From Candidatus Daviesbacteria bacterium RIFCSPHIGHO2_02_FULL_43_12 (GTDB lineage: Bacteria; Patescibacteriota; Microgenomatia; Daviesbacterales; UBA10151), in contig MFDD01000014.1 of NCBI GenBank assembly GCA_001776775.1, positions 3,684-67,683 on the forward strand: a stretch of 64,000 nucleotides of DNA. The letters are read 5' to 3'. Position numbers and translations under genes: made by a program. Positions 9,751-19,434 of the stretch are shown one piece after another. Position 1 is the first letter of the stretch; every line of letters starts with the position of its first letter. The notes under the pieces are model-generated. The model worked only from the letters and a program-made list of their open reading frames with translations, made no database searches and was not told the DNA's origin.

Positions 9751-10608
9751 ATGCCTTTTAGACCCCCCGAAAACTTTAGCCGAGAGGCTTTGGTCACTAC
9801 TGTCGCTTTTGGAGCAATTATTGTTGATCCTGCTGGTGAAAATGTTTTTACTGGACTAGAGAGTATGACCGAACGTTGGCATAGACGCAAACAACTCGGT
9901 TATCCTATCGAAACCTGGCTGACAGCAGCGGGAGCTAACAAGGTTCGAAGAAATATCGAGACTAGGGCTGAGACTGTCTTACGCCGCGCCATAGGTTATG
10001 ATCGCTGGTTTAGAGTCAGTGATGGACATGGAGGACTGAGGACAGTTAAAAGGCATGTCGTAGGAGAAGAAGTAGACGGCATTCCTCTGGATCATCGGGT
10101 GCGCAGCAAATATTTAGTAAGTGTGGTATATGTCCCACCGAGTACGGAAAAGGCTAAAGTACGTGTTTGGATGGAGAACTATCTGTTTCTGGCAAAAAAG
10201 ATGGTTGAACCAAAAACTCCTTCTAAACGAGACCTCACGTCTCCCGCCTGGCGGTCTTTTCGGGATCTATTAGCACCTTTTAGTGACAGTTATCCAGCGG
10301 GCAGAAGCTATTTTGCTTCTGATTTTAGCCAATTGCCACCAGAGTTAGCCGCGGACTTGGCTCTTTATTTAAATTCAAAACAAAGTCAAATAAGCTCTCG
10401 TGAACAAACAATTTATGTCGGCGATGTGATGCGTAGACCTGGTGTACTGCAAGGTTTAAGGCATACAAGAGCGTTGCTGGATAGGTTTGACGAAGAACCT
10501 GATTTTAAAATGGCTTATCTGCGTAACCCAGAGACATCCGGCTATCAACCGCCTGTCGAACCCCTGATGTTTAGTCCACCTGCGGACTTTTTTCAGGTTT
10601 TGCCCTAA
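9751..10608 (+). CDS. hypothetical protein (Arg/Pro-rich, no recognisable domain)
   Basis: Long ORF in a low-GC genome. Its 3' end overlaps the convergent histidine kinase gene by 38 nt. Confidence 0.35.
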   Translation: MPFRPPENFSREALVTTVAFGAIIVDPAGENVFTGLESMTERWHRRKQLGYPIETWLTAAGANKVRRNIETRAETVLRRAIGYDRWFRVSDGHGGLRTVKRHVVGEEVDGIPLDHRVRSKYLVSVVYVPPSTEKAKVRVWMENYLFLAKKMVEPKTPSKRDLTSPAWRSFRDLLAPFSDSYPAGRSYFASDFSQLPPELAADLALYLNSKQSQISSREQTIYVGDVMRRPGVLQGLRHTRALLDRFDEEPDFKMAYLRNPETSGYQPPVEPLMFSPPADFFQVLP

Positions 10609-11770
10609 TACTAGTTTTGGGGAGGATAATTTCTACAGTAGTTCCTTTATTCACTTTGGATTTTATCTTTATTTCCCCATGATGTTGCTCAATAATTTCT
10701 TTAGATATATAAAGGCCCAGCCCCATTCCTTCCTTTTGGTTATTCACTCCACGATAAAAACCTTCAAGTACCTTTTGCAAGTCTTTCTTAGCAATTCCTT
10801 GACCCTGATCCTGAATAGAAACCAGCACCTCATCTTTTTTGGAATATAGCTTGATGATAATCTCCTTATCAGGAGTAGAAAATTTAGCAGCGTTATCCAA
10901 AATATTAGTAAAAACCTGCAGCAGCTTATCAAGATCACCTACTATAACATCTGAAAAATTTTGATCATCTATAAACACTGCGCTACGACTGGGATGCGTA
11001 AAAGCAAAAGCTGCGAGCGAGCGTTTAATAACCTCTCTAAGGCTACTTTCTCGCCAATGGAAGTCAAGCTTACCTGTTTTAATACGATTGACAGCTAAGA
11101 GCTCATTTACCAGTCGCAATAACCGATTTGTTTCGCCGTAAATTTCGCCAGACCATCTTTTTTCCACAGCTTGTTGGTCTGAAAACCTAAGCTTTAGCAT
11201 TTGGGCATATCCACTTATTGTGGTAATTGGAGTCCTAAATTCATGAGCCGCCATGGATAAAAACATATCTCTCGCTTCAAGGGCCTCTCTCGTTTCGTTA
11301 TAAAGTTGAGTTTTGCGAATTGCCAGACTGGCCATAGATCCGAAAAGCTTTAATATTTCCAACTCTTTATTACTGAATTTAGCTTCCTTCTTATGGGACA
11401 TGATTGATAGTACTCCGATACTTTTATTACGGTAGGACAGCGGAATAAAAAGAGATGATCTAATTCCCATCTCGGCGGCTTCCGGATGTGCATTCAAATA
11501 ATCATCTGGATAAATTACAAAAGCCTTTCTTTGGGAATATGAGGCATAGGTAAAACCCCGCCTGCGCAATTTAACAGACAACAAGGCTGCCGGGACTGCC
11601 GCGACAACCTTAAACTCTCCGTCTTCCTCCAGGGCAATCATTCCTTCGTCCCCATCAACAAGCTTTAGAGCCTCTTCAATGATTACCGCGAATGTTAACT
11701 CTGCCGTTAAAGGTTCCAGAAAACGAAGGGCGGCTTTATTTATCTTTTGCAAAATCGTTTCCGAATCCAT
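10571..11770 (-). CDS. sensor histidine kinase with N-terminal GAF-like domain
   Basis: H-box HEFRTP, N-box NILDNAAKFS and G-boxes DQGQGI / GMGLGLYISK. Confidence 0.8.
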   Translation of the reverse strand: MDSETILQKINKAALRFLEPLTAELTFAVIIEEALKLVDGDEGMIALEEDGEFKVVAAVPAALLSVKLRRRGFTYASYSQRKAFVIYPDDYLNAHPEAAEMGIRSSLFIPLSYRNKSIGVLSIMSHKKEAKFSNKELEILKLFGSMASLAIRKTQLYNETREALEARDMFLSMAAHEFRTPITTISGYAQMLKLRFSDQQAVEKRWSGEIYGETNRLLRLVNELLAVNRIKTGKLDFHWRESSLREVIKRSLAAFAFTHPSRSAVFIDDQNFSDVIVGDLDKLLQVFTNILDNAAKFSTPDKEIIIKLYSKKDEVLVSIQDQGQGIAKKDLQKVLEGFYRGVNNQKEGMGLGLYISKEIIEQHHGEIKIKSKVNKGTTVEIILPKTSIRAKPEKSPQVD

Positions 11771-11900
11771 ACTTTGAAGATATTTTAGCTATTCTTACAT
11801 AAAATCATACTATTATTGCACACTATTAGCAAAATAATGGCATTTTCTTACAGAATTATTACAAAGAGATGCTTTAATATATTCTCGTTGCCAAGAACCA

Positions 11901-12605
11901 ATGATAATAAGTACTGAATTAAGAGAGATTGACTACCAAGAGAGCACGCTTACTCCAATCGCCAAAATAGGTACAGATAGTGATGATACTTTGCGCAGGT
12001 GCGAGTCGCTGTTAGTTGCCAAAGCTAGGGCTTGTCTTGGCCGAGACTTAAAATACAAAGATCTCCATCGTGAGCTAAAACATAGCACAGATCCGGAAAT
12101 AAGAGATTTGCTAAGGGCGGTAACAGCTGATCCCACTTTTTTTCATCGACGAGGTTTTTACAAACGGACTGCCGCTGGACTGGCGCTACTTCATGAGTAT
12201 CCTCTTAATCCGGTAGTTATTACCGGACGAAGCAAAAAAATAACTCCTCGTATCGAAAACGAGTTTGACGATTTGATGCGGCTGATCACAGATATTCACC
12301 AAATTCCCCAGGATGTTGATCTCAATGCAGCAAAAGCACAAATTCTAGTTGCAGATGGTATCAGAGACCATATTGACGATAACATCACCATATTAGTTGC
12401 CGCAGCCAAAGCTGCTACAGCACGCGGGTATGTGCTACATGGACATCTGATTCGCAGGCCATGGAATAGAACTATTACTCAAAAAGGGCTCACTAGAGAG
12501 TTTGGTTTAGGAAAAACCATCGAAATCCATCCATCCTTTTATAGAGCAGCTAAATCAATTATTAATTCAGGAAGATACCCTAGGACCCAAAGGCTACTAG
12601 GCTAG
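11901..12605 (+). CDS. hypothetical protein
   Basis: ORF only; Arg-rich. Divergent from the histidine kinase. Confidence 0.35.
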   Translation: MIISTELREIDYQESTLTPIAKIGTDSDDTLRRCESLLVAKARACLGRDLKYKDLHRELKHSTDPEIRDLLRAVTADPTFFHRRGFYKRTAAGLALLHEYPLNPVVITGRSKKITPRIENEFDDLMRLITDIHQIPQDVDLNAAKAQILVADGIRDHIDDNITILVAAAKAATARGYVLHGHLIRRPWNRTITQKGLTREFGLGKTIEIHPSFYRAAKSIINSGRYPRTQRLLG

Positions 12606-12862
12606 GGAAGTTTGTTTGCTACTGAACTTTTGATCATAAACAGCACCAAAACCGAAATTAACATTGACATCACTAGCGAGGTAATATCGATACTATCTAG
12701 CCAACCACCAAAAAATAAGTTGCCTGCGATTCCTCCAGATAAAGCACCCGCAATCCCAAAGATCAGACATCTTGTTAGAGATTCCCATGATTGTTTGTCT
12801 TCCAATAAATAGGCCAAAACACCCATGGTACTTCCGAGCAGTAGCCATAATAAAAAAGACAT
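12602..12862 (-). CDS. GlsB/YeaQ/YmgE-family small membrane protein (transglycosylase-associated)
   Basis: Two or three TM helices with a GIAGALSGGIAGNLFFGG glycine-zipper motif. Confidence 0.55.
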   Translation of the reverse strand: MSFLLWLLLGSTMGVLAYLLEDKQSWESLTRCLIFGIAGALSGGIAGNLFFGGWLDSIDITSLVMSMLISVLVLFMIKSSVANKLP

Positions 12863-12983
12863 AAATAGATCTTAACTTGCTTGTTTGAGAATCTATAAAA
12901 CAAGAGGTAATAAAGGAGCAAGAGTTGCGTATAAGATTTTATTTTGCTATTATCGAAACCCGAAGGAAACCCTTCTCCTTTTT

Positions 12984-14396
12984 ATGACTCTGCCTTCCAA
13001 ACTCGCTTTTGTGGATATTGAAACAACCGGTGGTAGCGTAAACTACGATCGCATTATCGAAATCGGCATAGTCCGGGTCGAAGATGGTCAGATTACCCAA
13101 GCTTACAAAACTTTAATTAACCCTTCCCGTTATCTCCCTCCTGAGATCACCAATTTAACCGGCATCAAGCCCGAAGAGTTAGAAGATGCTCCCTCTTTTT
13201 GGGATGTACATCAGGATATCCTGGAGGCGATAGGAGACTGCATCTTTGTAGCTCATAACGTCCGTTTTGATTTTGGGTTCTTAAAATCCGAATTCAAACG
13301 CCTGAATAAATCTTTTTCTCCTAAACATTTCTGTACTGTAAAACTATCCAGATCCCTTTTCCCTCAATTTCGTCATCATAACTTAGACTCCCTGATCGAA
13401 CGTTTTTCTCTGAAATGCGCAAACCGTCATCGGGCATATGACGATGCTTTTTTACTCTGGGAGTTTTATCAGATAGTCCTTAAGCAATTTAGCCGGGAGG
13501 TTATCATCGCTGCCTTGTCTTCTGCACTTAAAAAACCTAGTCTGCCGATTAACTTAAGTAGCGACATTTTAGATAATCTGCCCGAGAGTCCTGGGATCTA
13601 TATTTTCTATGACGCGAAAGGCTCTCCCTTGTATGTGGGTAAATCGATTAATATCAAGGAACGGGTATTGTCACATTTTTCCAGTGACTACCTCTCTTCA
13701 ACCGAGATGAAAATTGCCCAGCAGATCCAAAGTATCGAAACAGTCGTTACCACGGGGGAACTGGGAGCCCTAATTAAAGAAGCTCAGTTGATTAAAAAGT
13801 TGCAACCCCTATACAACCGACGACTGCGCACACTACATAAATTAACTGTTATTAAACGAATTGAATCGACAGACACATACAAACGCGTGACTATAGAAAC
13901 ATTAAACAGCCTGGACCTAGAAACAATTCCGTTCATTGTCGGGATTTTTCGCTCTCAAAAACGGGCCAAGGAGTTTTTGATCAGGCAAGCCAAAAGGTAT
14001 CAACTTTGCGAGAAGCTTCTGGGAGTAGAGAAAACTAATGGAAGCTGTTTTGGCTACAGACTAGGACTGTGTAAAGGTGCCTGTATAGAAAAAGAGTCTC
14101 CTACTATTTATAACTTACGCCATAGTATGGCTTTTGCTGCTAGTGAATTTCAACCTTGGCCTTTCCCCGGGCCCATTTTAATAGAAGAAAAGTCGGAACT
14201 CAGAGAGCAGAAAGAACTTTTTTTAGTTGATAAATGGTGTTTTCTGGGAAGCCTTGCTTCCGGAGATGCTCCCTTGGAGCCTGTTTTCGATCTGGATACT
14301 TACAAGATACTCCATTCTTTTATGAAAGTATCGGGTAATCTTAAAAAGATCCATCTTGTCGAAAACCAAGATATTAATCTTCTAATCCCAAGCTGA
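12984..14396 (+). CDS. DnaQ-like 3'-5' exonuclease fused to GIY-YIG (UvrC N-terminal-like) nuclease domain
   Basis: Exo I motif FVDIETTG and exo III AHNVRFDFGF. GIY-YIG motif PGIYIFYD...LYVGKS. Start moved to the Met at 12984; the ORF-track start at 12885 adds an unlikely 33 aa. Confidence 0.7.
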   Translation: MTLPSKLAFVDIETTGGSVNYDRIIEIGIVRVEDGQITQAYKTLINPSRYLPPEITNLTGIKPEELEDAPSFWDVHQDILEAIGDCIFVAHNVRFDFGFLKSEFKRLNKSFSPKHFCTVKLSRSLFPQFRHHNLDSLIERFSLKCANRHRAYDDAFLLWEFYQIVLKQFSREVIIAALSSALKKPSLPINLSSDILDNLPESPGIYIFYDAKGSPLYVGKSINIKERVLSHFSSDYLSSTEMKIAQQIQSIETVVTTGELGALIKEAQLIKKLQPLYNRRLRTLHKLTVIKRIESTDTYKRVTIETLNSLDLETIPFIVGIFRSQKRAKEFLIRQAKRYQLCEKLLGVEKTNGSCFGYRLGLCKGACIEKESPTIYNLRHSMAFAASEFQPWPFPGPILIEEKSELREQKELFLVDKWCFLGSLASGDAPLEPVFDLDTYKILHSFMKVSGNLKKIHLVENQDINLLIPS

Positions 14397-15047
14397 TTAC
14401 TCCTTTAAAGCATTCTCTACTTGCTGGATTAAGTCGTTATAGCTTGATAGTTTTACAGCTCTGCCGTTTAAGTAAAAAGTTGGGGTAGCATTTAGTCCAT
14501 AGGAGTTGCCGTCATTAGTATCTTCCTGAATTAGTTGATTATATTTGTTCCCCTCAACGGCTTGTTTAACTTTTGTTCCGTCAATCCCTAAATCTGTTGC
14601 CAATTTGGCGAAATAATCACTTGGGTTAGGAAGGTTCTCCCAGTCGCTTTGTGTTTCAAAAAGCATGTCTGACATTTGCCAGAATTTACCCTGCATTGCA
14701 GCTTCTCGTCCAGCGTTGGCAGCCGCCCGGGAATTAAGGTGCTGGCTTAAAGGATAGTCTCTGTATATATATTGGATGTTTGGATTTTTTTCTGCCAAGA
14801 TACTTTTAACTGTTGGATGAGCAGCTTTACAAGCTGGACATTGAAAATCCGAAAATTCCACTAATTTTACCTTGGCACTATCTGAGCCAATTTTTTGACC
14901 CTTGGTATAATCAATTTGAAAAACAGTACCGGATTTTGTAGAAGTATCCAGCTTTGGAGAAGTTTGGCTTAAGAAAAATACCCCCCCGAAAATAAGCAGC
15001 AGAGTAATCCCAAGAATAATTCCTAATATTTTGGTTTCGGCTTTCAT
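14397..15047 (-). CDS. DsbA-like thioredoxin-fold thiol:disulfide oxidoreductase, membrane anchored
   Basis: N-terminal TM segment and active site FQCPACK (CxxC). Confidence 0.7.
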   Translation of the reverse strand: MKAETKILGIILGITLLLIFGGVFFLSQTSPKLDTSTKSGTVFQIDYTKGQKIGSDSAKVKLVEFSDFQCPACKAAHPTVKSILAEKNPNIQYIYRDYPLSQHLNSRAAANAGREAAMQGKFWQMSDMLFETQSDWENLPNPSDYFAKLATDLGIDGTKVKQAVEGNKYNQLIQEDTNDGNSYGLNATPTFYLNGRAVKLSSYNDLIQQVENALKE

Positions 15048-15064
15048 CTTACTCTTCTATTCTA

Positions 15065-15493
15065 CTACGATTTTTGTCTAGTTTGAATGAGCATAATTGA
15101 AGTGAGTATAAAAATGATTAACGTACAAATTGCTGAAAGTACACACCAAAAACACCAAGCATTAATCACAAAAGCTTCAAGATAACTAAAGTAAAAACTA
15201 ACCAATATTCCTGTTGCTCCACCAAGAAAAAGTAGGTTCTTTAGGGCCTTACTTTCTTTTTCTATCACCGCCAAAGCCAAAGTTAACATCCCGATATAAT
15301 AGCCTATCCCCCACCAGGGGACTGGGATGCCAAATATATTTGAATATATGCTCTGACGAACTGCGTCGCAGCTGGTTCCTCCGAGCGGACAATTAATTGG
15401 TGAGATTAAAGCGTATTCGTAAGCTAAAAATGAACTTATCCCCAACCCAATTAAGGAAACTAAGAAGATACCGACAAGTGTCTTTTTTATCAT
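15065..15493 (-). CDS. vitamin K epoxide reductase (VKOR) family protein
   Basis: Polytopic protein with CPLGGTSCDAV and CFWCVLSAIC cysteine pairs. Adjacent to DsbA. Confidence 0.6.
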   Translation of the reverse strand: MIKKTLVGIFLVSLIGLGISSFLAYEYALISPINCPLGGTSCDAVRQSIYSNIFGIPVPWWGIGYYIGMLTLALAVIEKESKALKNLLFLGGATGILVSFYFSYLEAFVINAWCFWCVLSAICTLIIFILTSIMLIQTRQKS

Positions 15494-15495
15494 TT

Positions 15496-15942
15496 TTACT
15501 CCCAGCCAAATTCAGAATAAAACTTACTTTCATTGATTTTTTTAAAAACAAAGGGGAGTTGAGGTAAGATATTTGAGGGCAAGGAATCTACGCTAAACCA
15601 ATTTAGGTCATCGCATTTTTCTGGCTCTCCATTTATGATTTCACCTTGAAAGGATTCCACCTTGAAGTAGAAGTCGATATAAACTAGACCTGAACCGGCA
15701 GATAAACGATGGCTTACATGGATCAGTTGTAAATCTTCTTTTTTAATATTTATTCCAATCTCCTCTTTGGCCTCACGGACCATTGACTGACTGATCGTTT
15801 CTCCTGTTTCGAGGTGTCCGGAAGGAACTGTATAGTTGCCGTCCTGCCAACCAGTATTTTGGCGCCTTAACATTACAATCCTACCTGCCTTTTCCAAAAT
15901 TAAATAAGTCGCAGCCCGTACAGTATATCTTTCGTCAGTCAT
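15496..15942 (-). CDS. NUDIX hydrolase
   Basis: Nudix box GHLETGETISQSMVREAKEEIGI. Confidence 0.7.
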   Translation of the reverse strand: MTDERYTVRAATYLILEKAGRIVMLRRQNTGWQDGNYTVPSGHLETGETISQSMVREAKEEIGINIKKEDLQLIHVSHRLSAGSGLVYIDFYFKVESFQGEIINGEPEKCDDLNWFSVDSLPSNILPQLPFVFKKINESKFYSEFGWE

Positions 15943-16414
15943 ATAGTTGAGACAATTTATCCTGATATATTAATATATAATTTCGATCATCCTCCAAGAA
16001 CTTCCATTCCGTATTTAGATCCTTACGATAATCCTCGATCAGCTGAGTAAGCTTATTTAAATGTAGCCCCAAAGTCTTTATTAAATCTGCAGCTTGAGAC
16101 TTCATGTTATTTTGTACAACTAAATCGGTTAACTCACCTGCAGTAGTAAAATATCGCTGAGTACTAGGCAAGATTATTCCATATCTTTTATTCTCAGTTA
16201 ATTTAATTACCTCTTCGAAACGTGCTTTTAATAAATTATATTGAAAATTATATTTTTCTTCAGGAGAAGACTTTAGTTTTAAAAAAAGTTTTTCCTGAAG
16301 TCGTCTCATTTGAAAAAGAAGTGGACTATCGGGTGTTGCCGAAGACGAGGCGGGGAGGATTAGGGCAAGGCCCAAAAGAGCAATTATGGTTAGGATTTTA
16401 AGTTGTCTTATCAC
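15935..16414 (-). CDS. hypothetical secreted protein
   Basis: N-terminal signal-peptide-like hydrophobic segment. No recognisable domain. Confidence 0.4.
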   Translation of the reverse strand: MIRQLKILTIIALLGLALILPASSSATPDSPLLFQMRRLQEKLFLKLKSSPEEKYNFQYNLLKARFEEVIKLTENKRYGIILPSTQRYFTTAGELTDLVVQNNMKSQAADLIKTLGLHLNKLTQLIEDYRKDLNTEWKFLEDDRNYILIYQDKLSQLYD

Positions 16415-16446
16415 CGGTTAATACTACCAGATACCAACCCTTACTT

Positions 16447-16887
16447 TCAACCTAAAGAATCATCCAGGTTATACAAAAGTTTAATACAGCTGTCCATATC
16501 TAAAACTAAATTTAAACCAAGTGCTTGTTTGGGTGTAACCCACTGATAATCTTTATGTTCATCTTTTTTTACTAAGATATTCTGTCTCTGGGATAACCTA
16601 GCTTTGTACATGTTAAAAACAAAATCGTATTCAGAATATTTTACATAGACTTTCAAAATGTGCTTGATTTTGGGTACCGTCAGTCCCGTCTCCTCTTTTA
16701 GCTCTCGACAGATGGCAATTTCAGGAGATTCATCCGAATCAACTTTACCTGCGGGAACTCCCCATTTATTGCCCTCTGACTTACCATCTTGTCTGAGTAA
16801 AAACAATATTTCCTCATTAGATTCAACGAAACAACCGACTACTTCAAAGCGAGGTGAAAATTTTGAAGGTTTAGATAGATATAACAT
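16447..16887 (-). CDS. NUDIX hydrolase
   Basis: Nudix box GKVDSDESPEIAICRELKEETGL. Confidence 0.7.
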   Translation of the reverse strand: MLYLSKPSKFSPRFEVVGCFVESNEEILFLLRQDGKSEGNKWGVPAGKVDSDESPEIAICRELKEETGLTVPKIKHILKVYVKYSEYDFVFNMYKARLSQRQNILVKKDEHKDYQWVTPKQALGLNLVLDMDSCIKLLYNLDDSLG

Positions 16888-17073
16888 TAGGTGTTGGAGA
16901 GCTTAAATCCAATATAGATTCTAATTATTCCACCTCTGCCTCACCAGGCGCTTTTTCGGCGAAGCGATGAACCGAAATACGGGGGACGTACTAGTCGCTA
17001 TCGCTCCAGTACATCCCAACGCACACCCTCTTTTGCGAAGCGGTGCATCTGAACGTTAGTGAACGGTGCGCTG

Positions 17074-17144
17074 CTGCGGGACTAGGATTTGAACCTAGAT
17101 AGATAGATCCAGAATCTATCGTCCTACCATTAGACGATCCCGCA
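17074..17144 (-). tRNA. tRNA-Gln (anticodon CUG)
   Basis: Hand-folded cloverleaf with a 7-bp acceptor stem (TGCGGGA/TCCCGCA), D-arm GTCT-AATGGTA-GGAC and anticodon stem ATAGA/TCTAT around loop TTCTGGA. T-arm CTAGG-TTCAAAT-CCTAG. No encoded CCA. Confidence 0.8.
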
Positions 17145-17147
17145 AAA

Positions 17148-17212
17148 TTAGTTATGGTTATTGGTTCATGGTTCAGGTTTAAATTTAGTTATGAGTTATT
17201 GGTTCATAGTTC
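17148..17212. repeat. two copies of a ~27-nt direct repeat (ttagttatgGttattggttcatGgttc), period 37 nt, in the tRNA-Gln upstream region
   Basis: Seen directly in sequence at 17148-17174 and 17185-17212. Confidence 0.5.
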
Positions 17213-17406
17213 TTGGTGGAACAGAAGCCATAAACTCAAGCTTTGTAATTTTAACACTCAATTACTCTATTTGTCATGCAAGATGTTTAGGGTGAGAAGA
17301 AGCCTAAGAAAAGAGTCTACACAAGGCTTAACCGAGATTGACTTTGTTAATTACAAAAACTAACTGATTTTAAAGTTGGGCAGTTTCGATTAAGCCCTGA
17401 AAAATA

Positions 17407-17841
17407 TTAAGCTTTTTTTCGAGAATTCCGAGATACAACTTTCTTTGCTTTTACCTCGGTTTTTTTAAGTTGAGCTTTTCTTTTTTTAGCAGTATTAGCT
17501 GCTTTGACACCTTCCCTGATATCTTCTTTTACTCCCTGAGCTAACTGTCCAACAACCTGCAAAGCAACGTGTGCTCTTTTATCTAATCGTTTACCGACTT
17601 CCTTGTTATATATTGCTGCATTAGCGGTAAAAGCTGCGACTTTTACCAGCACCTTACCTACTCCAATCATTAACTGTTCAGTAATAAATGATCTTGTATT
17701 TTTTATCTTCGGCTGTCTGGACTTTTTTATAGCCTTTTTTGTATGAACACTTTTCTTAGATTTTGCAGTTACATTCTGATTAACTGCTGCTTTTTTTACG
17801 ATGGTTTTTTTTGTTTGTTTTTTCAAACTTTTATTTGACAC
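17407..17841 (-). CDS. lysine-rich basic protein (possible histone H1-like nucleoid-associated protein)
   Basis: 144 aa, about 25% Lys, with KK(A/T)xKK repeats at both termini. Confidence 0.4.
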   Translation of the reverse strand: MSNKSLKKQTKKTIVKKAAVNQNVTAKSKKSVHTKKAIKKSRQPKIKNTRSFITEQLMIGVGKVLVKVAAFTANAAIYNKEVGKRLDKRAHVALQVVGQLAQGVKEDIREGVKAANTAKKRKAQLKKTEVKAKKVVSRNSRKKA

Positions 17842-17931
17842 TTAAATCACCTCCCAGAGAGCAGTTACTTTGAGGTAAATATAGTACTAACCTAATAAAC
17901 TTGCAAGAAGCAAAGTGAAGATATATTTTAA

Positions 17932-19374
17932 CTATTTATCAAAACTATCAAAACGTAATATTAAATCATTAATTCTCTCTAGGGTTTTTATGTTTCCTAA
18001 TATTTCAATACTTTCAAAAAGTGGTGGGGTCACAAGCTTCCCGGAAACCGCTATTCTTATCAACTGAAAACAACTGACGACTGGCAAGCTTAACTCCTCT
18101 GCAAGGTCTCTAAAAGTTTGCTCGAATAATTTTGCACTCCAAGGTTTTGGCAATGACTCCATTTTATTTTTTATTTCTATCAAAACATCCCTAATGTTTT
18201 CAATCTTTAGCTTCTTTAAAATTTCAAAATCATACTCTGGTTTCTCAAAGAAAAAATCTGTTAGGGGAATAAAGTCCGACAGTTTCTTTATCCGTTCTTT
18301 GATTAAAGGAACTATTTGCGCAATTGCTTGCTTGTCTGGATGATCGACCAAATACTCTTGTAATCTCTGTGTTAGCTCGTCATCAGTAAACTTTCGAATA
18401 TACTCGCCGTTTAACCATTCTAATTTCTCCATATTAAAGGCTGCACCCGAAAGTCTCATCTTAGAAAGATCGAAAGTTTCTTCCATCTCTTGCAAGCTTA
18501 TAATCTCTTGATCATCGGGCATTGTCCATCCCAGTAGTGAAAAGTAATTTAAAATCGTTTCTGGCAAAAAACCATCCTTACGGAAATCTTCGATGGATGT
18601 CGCATTAGCTCTTTTGGAAAGTTTGCCAATTCGATCTGGATTTAAAATCATTGGCCAATGAGCAAACTTAGGGATATCAGCATCTAAAGCTTCAAAAATA
18701 AGAATTTGCTTAGGGGTATTGGATATATGGTCGTCCCCCCTTAATACATGCGAAATATTCATATCGATATCATCTACCACAACAGCAAAATTATACAAAG
18801 GAACCCCGCTACCTCTCATAATCACCATATCCCCCAGCAAATTTGAGTCAAACGATATTTCTCCGTGTAATAAATCGTTAAATTTAACTACCCCTCTACC
18901 TTCGGGCACTCTTAACCGCACTACAAATTTAACATTTTCCGCTAATTTTTTGGCCACTTCTTGATTAGTTAGACTTCGACATTTTCCTGAATAAACGATG
19001 GGTCGCTTACCCTCTTGCTGCTTCTTCTTTTCTACTTCCAATTCTGCTGATGTACAAAAGCAATAATAAGCTTTACCGCTCTTAATCAATCTTTCAGATG
19101 CTGATTTGTAAGAGGGGAGGCGATCAATTTGATGAAAGGGACCTTCATCCCAGTTCAACCCTAACCACTTTAGCCCCTCAATAATATTCTTTTCAAATTC
19201 AGGATTTGATCTTGCCTGATCGGTATCTTCAATTCGTAATATAAAACTTCCGCCCATCCGGCGAGCATAGAGATAGTTAAATAGGGTAGTATACGCCGTT
19301 CCCAGATGAAGATTTCCGGTCGGAGAGGGGGCCATCCTAACCCTAACCCCTGCTTGCATCGTAGTTTCTGACAT
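17932..19374 (-). CDS. gltX: glutamyl-tRNA synthetase
   Basis: HIGH-region PSPTGNLHLGTAYT and KMSKS motif KLSKR. Confidence 0.9.
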   Translation of the reverse strand: MSETTMQAGVRVRMAPSPTGNLHLGTAYTTLFNYLYARRMGGSFILRIEDTDQARSNPEFEKNIIEGLKWLGLNWDEGPFHQIDRLPSYKSASERLIKSGKAYYCFCTSAELEVEKKKQQEGKRPIVYSGKCRSLTNQEVAKKLAENVKFVVRLRVPEGRGVVKFNDLLHGEISFDSNLLGDMVIMRGSGVPLYNFAVVVDDIDMNISHVLRGDDHISNTPKQILIFEALDADIPKFAHWPMILNPDRIGKLSKRANATSIEDFRKDGFLPETILNYFSLLGWTMPDDQEIISLQEMEETFDLSKMRLSGAAFNMEKLEWLNGEYIRKFTDDELTQRLQEYLVDHPDKQAIAQIVPLIKERIKKLSDFIPLTDFFFEKPEYDFEILKKLKIENIRDVLIEIKNKMESLPKPWSAKLFEQTFRDLAEELSLPVVSCFQLIRIAVSGKLVTPPLFESIEILGNIKTLERINDLILRFDSFDK

Positions 19375-19434
19375 TGAGAAGTATTATATCTTAAAAAGAT
19401 GCTGAAGGTATACTATACTTAAAGAAGAAACTAG

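Noticed and set aside
16888-17073. SRP (4.5S) RNA or second tRNA in the GC-rich spacer
   Set aside because: The conserved GGAAGGAAGCAGC-type domain IV motif and tRNA T-loop/acceptor pairing could not be found.
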